A stretch of DNA of 43,020 nt from a virus (taxonomy: Duplodnaviria; Heunggongvirae; Uroviricota; Caudoviricetes): the IMG/VR virus record IMGVR_UViG_2585427786_000006, one strand, 5' to 3'. Positions within the stretch are counted from its first letter, which is position 1; each line of letters starts with the position of its first letter. The notes beneath the pieces were generated by a model, which saw only the letters and a list, made by a program, of their open reading frames with translations, did not search any database and was not told the DNA's origin. Position numbers and translations under genes: made by a program. This document shows, piece by piece, positions 8,004 through 17,641 of the stretch.

Positions 8004-8485
8004 GCGAGGTTAATTATCAGGAAGGGCATGAAACGGCGGGGCAAGCAAAAACAGTGGCATGGCGATATCGCTACGTGAAAAAAAGGCGTTACGGACTTTC
8101 AGGGGAAGTAGTGGTCTGGTGACTGGAAATATGTACCGAAAAAAGAGGATTGTAACGATAGGCCGAACTATGAAATTCAGGCCTTATTCACTGCCCCGCC
8201 AGTCCCGGTTACATCAGAAGAACTGGTTAAAGCTGTGCACTTTTATGAACAACTAAAACGCGAAAATCCACCAGCATCCGGAAACCTGATTACAGGTTCC
8301 CAGATAAGGCAATGAGCTACCTGGCGCAGAACGGGCTGATAAGTATGGGGAATGTTTTACGATGAATATTTAGACTAAAGAGTTTGTAACGCTATGTAAG
8401 TGATTTTTTCTGGTTTAGATATTTATATGTCCGGCTAAATTGAGGTGTGTTTAAATGTTATTGCACATTGATTGTAGGGGGAATA

Positions 8486-8665
8486 ATGAAAAACGCATTG
8501 CAGTTTTTGTTTGTTGCGTTCTGGTTGTTCGCATCATGTATGCCCATCATCTTCACAGCAAGGTATATGGAAAAAGTTGATGTTTTGATATTAATATTTG
8601 GATATATAAATGCCCTTTTTTTAGGGGTGTTCATGGCGGTCATGTGCATTGAATACTGGCGGTAA
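8486..8665 (+). CDS. small two-TM membrane protein (59 aa)
   Basis: MKNALQFLFVAFWLFASCMPIIFTARYMEKVDVLILIFGYINALFLGVFMAVMCIEYWR; GGGGGAATA then ATG; AT-rich local composition. Confidence 0.45.
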   Translation: MKNALQFLFVAFWLFASCMPIIFTARYMEKVDVLILIFGYINALFLGVFMAVMCIEYWR

Positions 8666-8922
8666 ATACAGCGAACTCCATTGGTTTAGTTGGATATTTA
8701 CTGTGCTGGACAAAACGGTTTGCGGGGAAATCTTAGTTAAGTAGAATGACTGCGGGTGCTTGAGGCTATCTGCCTCGGGCACGAACACCAACGGCAGGTA
8801 GAGAAAAGCCCCAGTTAACATTACGCGTCCTGCAAGACGCTTAACATTAATCTGAGGCCAATTTCATGCTAGACACATGTAGGTTAGCCTCTTACGTGCC
8901 GAAAGGCAAGGAGAAGCAGGCT

Positions 8923-9078
8923 ATGAAGCAGCAAAAGGCGATGTTAATCGCCCTGATCGTCATCTGTTTAACCGTCATAGTGACGGCACTGGTAACGAGG
9001 AAAGACCTCTGCGAGGTACGAATCCGAACCGGCCAGACGGAGGTCGCTGTCTTCACAGCTTACGAACCTGAGGAGTAA
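8923..9078 (+). CDS. hokD: Hok-family type I toxin (51 aa)
   Basis: MKQQKAMLIALIVICLTVIVTALVTRKDLCEVRIRTGQTEVAVFTAYEPEE recognised as HokD/RelF; AAGGAG RBS; in-frame upstream extension from ATG 8866. Confidence 0.8.
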   Translation: MKQQKAMLIALIVICLTVIVTALVTRKDLCEVRIRTGQTEVAVFTAYEPEE

Positions 9079-9146
9079 GAGACCCGGCGAGGGAGAAATC
9101 CCTCGCCACCTCTGATGTGGCAGGCATCCTCAACGCACCCGCACTT

Positions 9147-9173
9147 AACCCGCTTCGGCGGGTTTTTGTTTTT
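9147..9173 (+). terminator. intrinsic terminator at the 3' end of the hok mRNA
   Basis: CCCGC-TTCG-GCGGG hairpin followed by T-run; preceded by a second hairpin 9086-9107 (candidate fold-back element). Confidence 0.6.
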
Positions 9174-9294
9174 ATTTTCAACGCGTTTGAAGTTCTGGAC
9201 GGTGCCGGAATAGAATCAAAAATACTTAAGTAGCGCGCAGGGATAAGAGGGATGGTCCCTTAAAGGGGAGAGCTAATTATCCGGAAGGATTCTG

Positions 9295-9546
9295 ATGATG
9301 AACATCGAAGAACTGCGTAAAATTTTTTGTGAAGATGGCCTCTATGCTGTGTGCGTTGAAAATGGAAATCTTGTTAGTCATTACCGCATTATGTGTTTGC
9401 GAAAGAATGGGGCTGCGTTAATTAATTTTGTGGATGGTCGAGTGACAGACGGATTTATCTTGCGCGAAGGTGAGTTTGTCACTTCATTACAGGCACTGAA
9501 AGAGATCGGAATAAAAGCAGGCTTTTCAGCTTTTGCAGAAGAATAA
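9295..9546 (+). CDS. small nin-region protein (83 aa), possibly Rem-like
   Basis: ORF track, ATGATG start after GGAAGGA; position between hok and the DUF968 gene. Confidence 0.45.
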   Translation: MMNIEELRKIFCEDGLYAVCVENGNLVSHYRIMCLRKNGAALINFVDGRVTDGFILREGEFVTSLQALKEIGIKAGFSAFAEE

Positions 9547-9612
9547 ACTCATCTACAATCTTGCGCGGGGCTGAACTCCCGCTGAGTAACACCGTGCCAC
9601 CGGAGAAAACCG

Positions 9613-9891
9613 ATGGCACGCAACGTAAAATATTACAATTCTGATAATTCGCCCGTTCTTGCCTGCACGCACGAGCGGTATTCTCACGCATTCAAGTCTG
9701 AATGGTTCCAGCACCCTCCATGCACTGAAGAGCAGGCTGAATGGATAATTCAGTGTTACCGCAGGCGCGGATACGAGGTTAAGAAAGCTCTTAGTCTCGA
9801 CTACCGTCACTGGATAATCTCAGTCAGATTGCCTTACTCCGAACGCCCACCGCGTCCGTCCCGTACATTCCAGCAACGCATCTGGAGGTAA
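9613..9891 (+). CDS. hypothetical Cys/His-containing protein (92 aa)
   Basis: GGAG RBS; stop 1 nt before the DUF968 gene start (translational coupling). Confidence 0.45.
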   Translation: MARNVKYYNSDNSPVLACTHERYSHAFKSEWFQHPPCTEEQAEWIIQCYRRRGYEVKKALSLDYRHWIISVRLPYSERPPRPSRTFQQRIWR

Positions 9892-9892
9892 C

Positions 9893-10942
9893 GTGCGGGT
9901 ATTACTTCGACCTGTTCTGGTACCGGAACTCGGGCTGGTGGTCGTTAAGCCGGGCCGTGAATCCATGCCGGTATTCCACAATACCCGGGTACTGGTGGAG
10001 CCGGAACCGAAAAGCATGCGTAATCTGCCGTCCGGGGTCGTTCCTGCCGTTCGCCAGCCGCTGGTGGAAGACAAAACATTGCTGCCGTTTTTCAGTAACG
10101 CACGGGTAATTCGTGCTGCTGGTGGTGCTGGTGCATTGTCTGACTGGCTGTTGCGCCATATTAAATCCTGCCAGTGGCCACACGGCGATTATCATCACAG
10201 CGAAACCGTTATTCACCGTTATGGTACCGGCGCAATGGTGTTGTGCTGGCACTGCGACAACCAGCTGCGTGACCAGACATCCGAATCACTCGAGCAACTT
10301 GCTCATCAAAACCTGTCAGCATGGATGATTGACGTCATCGGTCACGCAATAAGCGGTACGCAGGAGCGTGAATTATCTCTGGCTGAATTATCCTGGTGGG
10401 CGGTCCGCAATCAGGTGGCGGACGCGCTACCGGAAGTGGTATTACGTCGCTCGCTGGGATTACCAGCGGAAAAAAACTGCTCGGTGTACCGCGAAAGCGA
10501 CATCGTACCGGGAGAGCAGACCGCCACCAGCATATTGAAACAGCGCACAAAAAATCTTGCACCGTTGCCTCACGCCCACCAGCAACAAAACCCATCACAG
10601 GAAAAGACGGTGGTAAGCATCACCGTTGATCCAGAGTCTCCGGAATCTTTCATGAAGCTGCCTAAACGTCACCGTTGGGTTAAGGAGAAATACACACGCT
10701 GGGTTAAGACACAGCCGTGTGCTTGCTGCGGTATGCCAGCCGACGATCCGCATCATCTAATTGGTCACGGGCAGGGCGGAATGGGAACCAAAGCACATGA
10801 TCTCTTTGTGTTGCCTTTGTGCAGAAAGCATCACGACGAGTTGCATACGGATACCGTGGCATTTGAAGAGAAGTATGGCTCCCAACTGGAGCTGATTTTT
10901 CGATTTATCGATCGCGCGCTGGCAATTGGTGTGCTGGCCTAA
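9893..10942 (+). CDS. DUF968-family protein (YdfU-like) with C-terminal HNH-like Cys/His motif
   Basis: 349 aa; C-terminus PCACCG...[10 protein letters not shown]...CRKHHDELH; GGAGG before GTG start. Confidence 0.6.
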   Translation: MRVLLRPVLVPELGLVVVKPGRESMPVFHNTRVLVEPEPKSMRNLPSGVVPAVRQPLVEDKTLLPFFSNARVIRAAGGAGALSDWLLRHIKSCQWPHGDYHHSETVIHRYGTGAMVLCWHCDNQLRDQTSESLEQLAHQNLSAWMIDVIGHAISGTQERELSLAELSWWAVRNQVADALPEVVLRRSLGLPAEKNCSVYRESDIVPGEQTATSILKQRTKNLAPLPHAHQQQNPSQEKTVVSITVDPESPESFMKLPKRHRWVKEKYTRWVKTQPCACCGMPADDPHHLIGHGQGGMGTKAHDLFVLPLCRKHHDELHTDTVAFEEKYGSQLELIFRFIDRALAIGVLA

Positions 10943-10959
10943 TTTTGTGGAGTAAGTTG

Positions 10960-11337
10960 ATGCGTGATATTCAGATGGTTCTTGAGCGTTGGGGGGCATG
11001 GGCGGCTAATAATCATGAAGATGTGACCTGGTCGTCCATTGCCGCCGGTTTTAAGGGATTAATTCCTTCAAAAGTAAGATCTCGTCCGCAATGCTGTGAC
11101 GATGACGCGATGATCATTTGTGAATGTATGGCTCGCCTGAAAAAAAACAACAGCGATTTACATGATTTATTGGTGGACTATTATGTCGGCGGCATGACTT
11201 TTATGGCGCTTGCACGTAAGCATGGGCGATCTGATTGTTGGGTTGGCAGGATGCTCCAGAAAGCTGAGGGCGTAGTGGAGGGCATGCTGATGGTGTTGGA
11301 TCTCCGATTGGAGATGGATGCTGATTGTTCGAAATAA
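10960..11337 (+). CDS. late-gene antiterminator Q (125 aa)
   Basis: [26 protein letters not shown]... recognised as lambdoid Q (DLP12/21-type); followed by promoter-like element and short-RNA terminator. Confidence 0.75.
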   Translation: MRDIQMVLERWGAWAANNHEDVTWSSIAAGFKGLIPSKVRSRPQCCDDDAMIICECMARLKKNNSDLHDLLVDYYVGGMTFMALARKHGRSDCWVGRMLQKAEGVVEGMLMVLDLRLEMDADCSK

Positions 11338-11349
11338 TTAAAGGAAAAG

Positions 11350-11378
11350 TTGCTGTCTGATTTTCATTAGTCTAACAT
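11350..11378 (+). promoter_or_regulatory. candidate late promoter PR' (TTGCTG-N17-TAACAT) with presumed qut region
   Basis: Sigma70-like hexamers 12 bp downstream of Q stop and about 60 nt upstream of a strong terminator. Confidence 0.3.
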
Positions 11379-11435
11379 TTTAAATGTTGGAATCGCAACG
11401 TAGTTATTATCATATAACAGCTTGTTTCCTGATTT

Positions 11436-11464
11436 AGCCAGCCTCCCCAAAGGCTGGTTTTTTT
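11436..11464 (+). terminator. tR'-like intrinsic terminator
   Basis: AGCCAGCC-loop-GGCTGG hairpin followed by T7 run. Confidence 0.55.
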
Positions 11465-11492
11465 CTAATAAGTATCATTTCGGGTGGGGATT

Positions 11493-12017
11493 TTATTGTT
11501 TAACCCATAATAGTTCATTGACATTGAATCCCAACTTTTGAGCGGTACGCACATAGTCTGCTTTTACATTATCTGGAATAGTTTGGGTCCTTGCCAGAAT
11601 CCATAGGTATTCTCTGTTCGGACCACTGACAAGAGCATACTTATACTCATCATCCAGCTTGATTACATTATAGCCACCATAGAAGGGGCCAAAAAACGAA
11701 ACTTTCAACGCTGCAGTTTTAGTATCTCCAGTAAAGTATGCTTTACCTTCGCTCTCGCTCCATTTGTTTTTCGTTGGATCGTATCCACGGTTAAGTACGC
11801 GAATCCCTCCGTCGTTCCGTTTTTCATAAGTAGCGCTGACCTGTTCCAGACCACGTTCGAACCAGTTCTCGAGGCGAGCTATTTCATACCATTTTCCGAG
11901 GTAGCGGTTGGCGTCAAAATTTGTAATCGGCTGCACACCTTTAGGTGGTGTCGGGGCCTTACATGCTATAAGAGTGAAAGAGAGTGCAATGCCAGTCAAC
12001 ACAGGCCATAACTTCAT
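11493..12017 (-). CDS. blc: outer-membrane lipoprotein lipocalin (Blc family), 174 aa
   Basis: Lipobox LIAC; NFDANRYLGKWYEIARLENWFERGLEQVSATY...GKAYFTGDTKTAALKVSFFGPFYGGYNVIKLD recognised as Blc-like; antisense to late transcription. Confidence 0.8.
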   Translation of the reverse strand: MKLWPVLTGIALSFTLIACKAPTPPKGVQPITNFDANRYLGKWYEIARLENWFERGLEQVSATYEKRNDGGIRVLNRGYDPTKNKWSESEGKAYFTGDTKTAALKVSFFGPFYGGYNVIKLDDEYKYALVSGPNREYLWILARTQTIPDNVKADYVRTAQKLGFNVNELLWVKQ

Positions 12018-12209
12018 AATAAATCCTGTACTTTTGATAGTTGAGAGTAAGTATGAAAGATAGATGAGTACGACCGATCACTTAAAGAACTTTCCTACTA
12101 TATTAGGAATAGTCAATAACAGAAAAATTGTCAGTGATGAAGCCAGAAAGGCAATTTAGTCCGTGCACTACAAAGTTTATGTGTTAATGAATTAGTCAAG
12201 GGGGAGGAA

Positions 12210-13169
12210 ATGATAAAAAAACCTGTGATTGGGATCAGCGGTTGTTTGGGCGGTTCTGCTGTTCGTTTTGATGGTGGTCACAAAAGAGATGACTTTTTAA
12301 TGGACAAATTAGTGGAATGGGTAACATTCAGACCAGTATGTCCGGAAATGGCTATAGGGCTGCCAGTTCCGCGTCCTGCTCTACGACTTGTGCGCTCGAA
12401 GCAAGGAAATATACGGATGTGTTTCAGCCACGACCAGAATGAGGATGTGACAGAGAGAATGACAGAGTTTAGTCGTTCTTATATGGACAAATTAAAGGAT
12501 GTATCGGGGTTTGTGGTTTGTGCTAAATCTCCCAGCTGTGGCATGGAGCGCGTGCGTGTCTATGATGAAAATGGTAATCGAGGTCGTAAAGATGGAGTGG
12601 GACTATTTACGAGCACTTTGATGGAAAAGTTTTCCTGGCTACCGGTTGAAGAGGATGGGCGATTACATGATCCAGTGCTTCGTGAGAATTTTATTGAAAG
12701 AGTTTTTGCTTTGCATGAGCTCAATCACCTTTACAAGGAGAAATTATCAAGAAGAGAGTTATTAGCTTTTCATAGTCGTTATAAGCTTCAGTTGTTGGCG
12801 CATAGCCAGGCAGGCTATAAAGATATGGGACCATTTGTGGCTGCAATACACGAGTGGGCGGACCTTGAATCATACTTTGAGGTGTATCGTGATAATCTGA
12901 TGGCGATTCTCAGAAAACCAGCATCACGTAAAAATCACACGAATGTGCTGATGCATATACAGGGGTATTTTAGTAATTACTTAAGTACACGCCAGCGTAA
13001 AGAGTTGAGCGAGGTTATACTTAACTATCGCTTTGGCACATTGCCTCTTCTTGCGCCGTTGACTCTGCTGAAGCATTATCTGGGTGAGTATCCTAATGAT
13101 TACTTGCTTACACAGAATTACTTCGATCCCTATCCGGAAGAACTGGCTCTAAGACTGATGGTGAATTAA
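12210..13169 (+). CDS. DUF523 (TudS-like, Cys-rich)-DUF1722 (YbgA-like) fusion protein, 319 aa
   Basis: N-terminal GISGCLGG...CPEMAIG...CAKSPSCG motifs; C-terminal YbgA-like region; GGGGGAGG RBS. Confidence 0.55.
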   Translation: MIKKPVIGISGCLGGSAVRFDGGHKRDDFLMDKLVEWVTFRPVCPEMAIGLPVPRPALRLVRSKQGNIRMCFSHDQNEDVTERMTEFSRSYMDKLKDVSGFVVCAKSPSCGMERVRVYDENGNRGRKDGVGLFTSTLMEKFSWLPVEEDGRLHDPVLRENFIERVFALHELNHLYKEKLSRRELLAFHSRYKLQLLAHSQAGYKDMGPFVAAIHEWADLESYFEVYRDNLMAILRKPASRKNHTNVLMHIQGYFSNYLSTRQRKELSEVILNYRFGTLPLLAPLTLLKHYLGEYPNDYLLTQNYFDPYPEELALRLMVN

Positions 13170-13575
13170 CTGTATGCGATATCATCTGAAAGTGATGAGT
13201 TCCTGTATGCAGGATATTTACAATCGTAAAAACTACGCTATGATGCTCATAGTGTCAGTTTTTATAAAAATCCTGTTCACGCTAAAGAAAACATTGAGAT
13301 GCAATTTAATGTTGGTAAACATACCAGCCCCAAACGATTTTATTCAATCTGTTTTTATATGAAGATATTTCAAGTGAATATTAAGAGTATATAATATTAT
13401 TATTGCACGCAGCTATTATAATATAACAGATTAGTTTAATGATTTGTTTTTTGTGAGTTAAACACATGGTTTTATAGTTGTGATGCAATGAGATTTTCCT
13501 TATTGTTGAACTGGCGAATATTGATTTTCCACCTATACTTACCTGGTGTAACCCCAATGATATCAGGTGGATAAT

Positions 13576-14289
13576 ATGCCATACATATGTTCTATCATTT
13601 TGGTGTTGAACTCGTTTGGTGTCCGAATTGGTAAAGAAGATATTTTGTTTAAAAAAGGAAATGCTGTCCTCATTGAATACAATTTAAAAGATCTTTTTTC
13701 GTCAAATACAGATCATCTAATGATCGTAGATGTTGAGGAGAAAACAGTTAATGATTTCTTTAAAAACTACACACTCTCACCTTTTTCTGTAAGAAGGTTT
13801 TATCCGTCATACTTGATAGTAGAATGTGAAGATTTTTCATTGTTAAAGAACTTGGTTGCATGCTTGAATTGTGATAGCAAAACCGTGGATGTAGTTAGAA
13901 ATCAAATATCACTTGCATGTCTTGCTGTCTTATCTTCAGAGAAAATAGTGCAAAGTTTTTTGTTCGGAAGTCTTAATAGCTTAGGTTGTAAAGTTAAGGC
14001 TATTATTCACTCGGATATCTCAGCGTCATGGAGACTTTGTGATATATCTTCAAGATTATATATGAGCGAGAGTTTGTTAAAAAGAAAATTAAAAGACGAA
14101 GGATTATCGTTTAGTAAATTAATTCTTGAAGAACGAATGATGATGGCGCAAAGATTATTGATCTACAGTAACCATACTGTCGGCAAGGTGGCGGGAATAT
14201 GCGGGTATGACAATGCATCATATTTTGTAAGTGTTTTTAGAAGATATTTTGGTGTGCCTCCGCACCAATATTTATCAAGATTTTCTTAG
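13576..14289 (+). CDS. AraC-family transcriptional regulator, AppY/GadX-like (237 aa)
   Basis: C-terminal AraC HTH (LCDISSRLYMSESLLKRKLKDEGLSFSKL...ICGYDNASYFVSVFRRYFGVPPHQY); N-terminus resembles AppY; AT-rich gene and flanks. Confidence 0.75.
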   Translation: MPYICSIILVLNSFGVRIGKEDILFKKGNAVLIEYNLKDLFSSNTDHLMIVDVEEKTVNDFFKNYTLSPFSVRRFYPSYLIVECEDFSLLKNLVACLNCDSKTVDVVRNQISLACLAVLSSEKIVQSFLFGSLNSLGCKVKAIIHSDISASWRLCDISSRLYMSESLLKRKLKDEGLSFSKLILEERMMMAQRLLIYSNHTVGKVAGICGYDNASYFVSVFRRYFGVPPHQYLSRFS

Positions 14290-14356
14290 AAGATATGATG
14301 TGATGGCATTTTATAAAGTTATTTTTTGAAGTGTAAGATTATACGATATTTTTAGC

Positions 14357-14389
14357 TACGCCAGAATAATTGCTGGCGTTTTTCTTTTT
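14357..14389 (+). terminator. intrinsic terminator after the AraC-family gene
   Basis: CGCCAG-AATAATT-GCTGGCG hairpin then TTTTTCTTTTT. Confidence 0.5.
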
Positions 14390-14479
14390 GAATAGATGTT
14401 CGGGCCTTACGCTAATGTAACTTCTTTCCTTCTTCGAACCAAACCGTGTACACCATCCGTTATCTGCGGAGGTGAGGCT

Positions 14480-14695
14480 ATGAAATCCATGGATAAGTTA
14501 ACAACGGGCATCGCCTACAGCACCTCTGCAGGCAGTGCTGGCTACTGGTTTTTACAGTTGCTCGATAAAGTCACACCCTCACAGTGGGCGGCAATAGGTG
14601 TATTGGGTAGTCTGGTATTTGGCATGCTGACGTATCTGACAAACCTTTATTTCAAGATTAAAGAAGACAGGCGTAAGGCTGCGAGAGGAGAGTAA
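14480..14695 (+). CDS. pinholin, phage-21 S-type with dual start (71/68 aa)
   Basis: [71 protein letters not shown]; GGAGGTGAGG RBS; Met1 and Met4 starts. Confidence 0.8.
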   Translation: MKSMDKLTTGIAYSTSAGSAGYWFLQLLDKVTPSQWAAIGVLGSLVFGMLTYLTNLYFKIKEDRRKAARGE

Positions 14696-14699
14696 GACA

Positions 14700-14918
14700 A
14701 TGACTAAAAACTATGAACTGATTGTGAAAGGGACCCGCAATTTTGAGAATAAAGTTACGGTAATCTTAACGTTACAGGACAAAGAACGTTTTGCCGGTGA
14801 AATTTTTGATCTGAACATCAACCTTGAGCGACTTGAAGGAGCTGGTTTGGATTATTATGAAGTTACTGCGGTAAAACATGCCAAACAGTTCTTGAGAGAT
14901 TTGGCTGAAAAAATATAA
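14700..14918 (+). CDS. hypothetical protein (72 aa) inserted between holin and endolysin
   Basis: ATG 5 nt after holin stop, SD GGAGAG inside holin 3' end; no family recognised. Confidence 0.5.
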   Translation: MTKNYELIVKGTRNFENKVTVILTLQDKERFAGEIFDLNINLERLEGAGLDYYEVTAVKHAKQFLRDLAEKI

Positions 14919-14936
14919 AGCGGCATTACTGCCGCT
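14905..14936 (-). terminator. hairpin terminator oriented for the antisense 98-aa gene
   Basis: AGCGGCA-TTAC-TGCCGCT stem-loop between convergent stops, U-rich tract on the minus-strand side only. Confidence 0.4.
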
Positions 14937-14942
14937 TAGAAA

Positions 14943-15239
14943 TTATTCAATGTCTGGTAGCTTATCAAAGATTTCGGATACTCTTATATTTGTCATATAA
15001 GCAAATTGAGATTCTGCCAGCTCTTTGGGTGATTTTCCCGCTTTTTCTGAGCCAAAAATTGTTTCTAAAGCCAGCATGTTATATTTGAGAACCTCTTCTC
15101 GAGTTTTACCTGATAATTTTGCGGTAACAGCAATATAAAAAGGCAACACTTTATCCAGAAGGTCGTTGTGTTTTGTCAGTTGTGGTAATACCACATCAAG
15201 TTGCTTACTGATTGGTTTGAATGGATCTATACCGTTCAT
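14943..15239 (-). CDS. hypothetical protein (98 aa), antisense gene inside the lysis cassette
   Basis: ATG preceded by AAGGGA; non-repetitive protein MNGIDPFKPISKQLDVVLPQLTKHNDLLDK...; candidate TTAAGC-N17-GATACT promoter in 15270-15330. Confidence 0.5.
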   Translation of the reverse strand: MNGIDPFKPISKQLDVVLPQLTKHNDLLDKVLPFYIAVTAKLSGKTREEVLKYNMLALETIFGSEKAGKSPKELAESQFAYMTNIRVSEIFDKLPDIE

Positions 15240-15366
15240 AGTTACATTCCCTTATCAGAGGTAATCAGCCATCCCCCCTTTATTACACACGCCAGTATCC
15301 ACCACTGACGGGCTGAGTGCTTAACATATCTAGAGATTAGAAACTGATAAATCCTGATAAATATCC

Positions 15367-16394
<1,028 letters not shown>

Positions 16395-16757
16395 ATTAAT
16401 ATTAAATCGGATTATTTTTAGCGCTGAATGTGAAATTTAAATAAAAAGGACTCTTCCATGAGTCAAAATCCTTGAAATCTTAAGGGTAAGATAAAAGGTC
16501 ATTAGACAGAATGACACGTTTTATTAATAAATAAAGCTATTGTTTCATTCGTGTGTTTTTCTTTACAAAAGTAATCCTTGCTATGGTTGGTTAATCATGC
16601 GTTAATGGTGTTCTGGTTTGTTACAAAATTATCTGAAGCAGTCATTGTTATAATTTTATTATTTGTACCTCTTGAGATTTCCTTGTTGGTTTTTCTCTCT
16701 GATATTTTTTTTCGGACCATTCTGCCCAAGGGCTAACTTCTTCAAAAGGTAATAATG

Positions 16758-16970
16758 ATGTCTAACAAAATGACTGGTTTAGTGAAATGGTTTAACCCTG
16801 AAAAAGGTTTTGGTTTCATCACGCCGAAAGATGGTAGCAAAGATGTGTTTGTCCATTTCTCAGCTATTCAGAGCAACGATTTCAAAACGTTAACTGAGAA
16901 TCAGGAAGTCGAATTTGGTATTGAGAACGGACCTAAAGGCCCCGCGGCTGTTCATGTTGTGGCACTTTGA
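16758..16970 (+). CDS. cspI: cold-shock protein CspI-like (70 aa)
   Basis: [39 protein letters not shown]... with RNP motifs; long AT-rich 5' leader upstream. Confidence 0.85.
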   Translation: MSNKMTGLVKWFNPEKGFGFITPKDGSKDVFVHFSAIQSNDFKTLTENQEVEFGIENGPKGPAAVHVVAL

Positions 16971-17169
16971 GGTAGAAAATATTACAAACCATATTCACTT
17001 TAGATGCCCGTGTTGCCATGGTTCTCAGTATAGAACATCATCTTTTGATGTTTCTGACAGGAATCCTTTCGGGGCAAAATGTATCTTTTGTAAATCAATG
17101 ATGATTACATTTGATAATATTTCACAATACTTAAATGTTAGCCGTCTGTCGTTAGATTTAAGAAAGTGA
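16954..17169 (+). CDS. YnfN-like Cys-rich small protein
   Basis: ...[54 protein letters not shown]; ATG overlapping the cspI 3' end; start uncertain. Confidence 0.4.
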   Translation: MLWHFEVENITNHIHFRCPCCHGSQYRTSSFDVSDRNPFGAKCIFCKSMMITFDNISQYLNVSRLSLDLRK

Positions 17170-17175
17170 AAATGA

Positions 17176-17197
17176 AGGCTCCTTCGGGAGCTTTTTT
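17176..17197 (+). terminator. intrinsic terminator after the cspI/ynfN unit
   Basis: GGCTCC-TTCG-GGAGC hairpin plus T6. Confidence 0.55.
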
Positions 17198-17241
17198 GCT
17201 TAGTGTCTAGTCGATGGATACTCACATATTACGGTAACATT

Positions 17242-17472
17242 ATGAAAAAAATAATAGTTTTTTTTAACTCTGAACCAGCAATGGTAGTGCCAGTGATGAC
17301 CGGAGTTAACACCATCATGCGTGAATATCCAAATGGCGAAACAACACACCTCACTGTAATGGCTGCAGGGTTTCCATCTCTGACCGGAGATCATAAAGTC
17401 ATTTATGTAGCAGCGGATCGGCATGTAACTTCAGAAGAAATTCTGGAAGCAGCAATGAGACTCTTGAATTGA
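17242..17472 (+). CDS. hypothetical protein (76 aa)
   Basis: ORF track internal ATG (MKKIIVFFNSEPAMVVPVMTG...); AT-rich accessory region. Confidence 0.4.
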   Translation: MKKIIVFFNSEPAMVVPVMTGVNTIMREYPNGETTHLTVMAAGFPSLTGDHKVIYVAADRHVTSEEILEAAMRLLN

Positions 17473-17641
17473 TTTGATTCTAATGCATTGATAATAAATG
17501 ATAATCATCTTTATCTGTTTGTGTGAAATTTAGACCGTCGTATGTTGATTATTGCGATGTTTCATCTTATCTTTTATACGCTTGCTCCATATAATTGACA
17601 CTACTGTGTACCAGGAAAGTCATAACAGACTAAAAGAGGAA

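Noticed and set aside
13174-13362. 62-aa ORF in the AT-rich spacer between the DUF523-DUF1722 gene and the AraC gene
   Set aside because: AT-rich random-looking frame, no RBS
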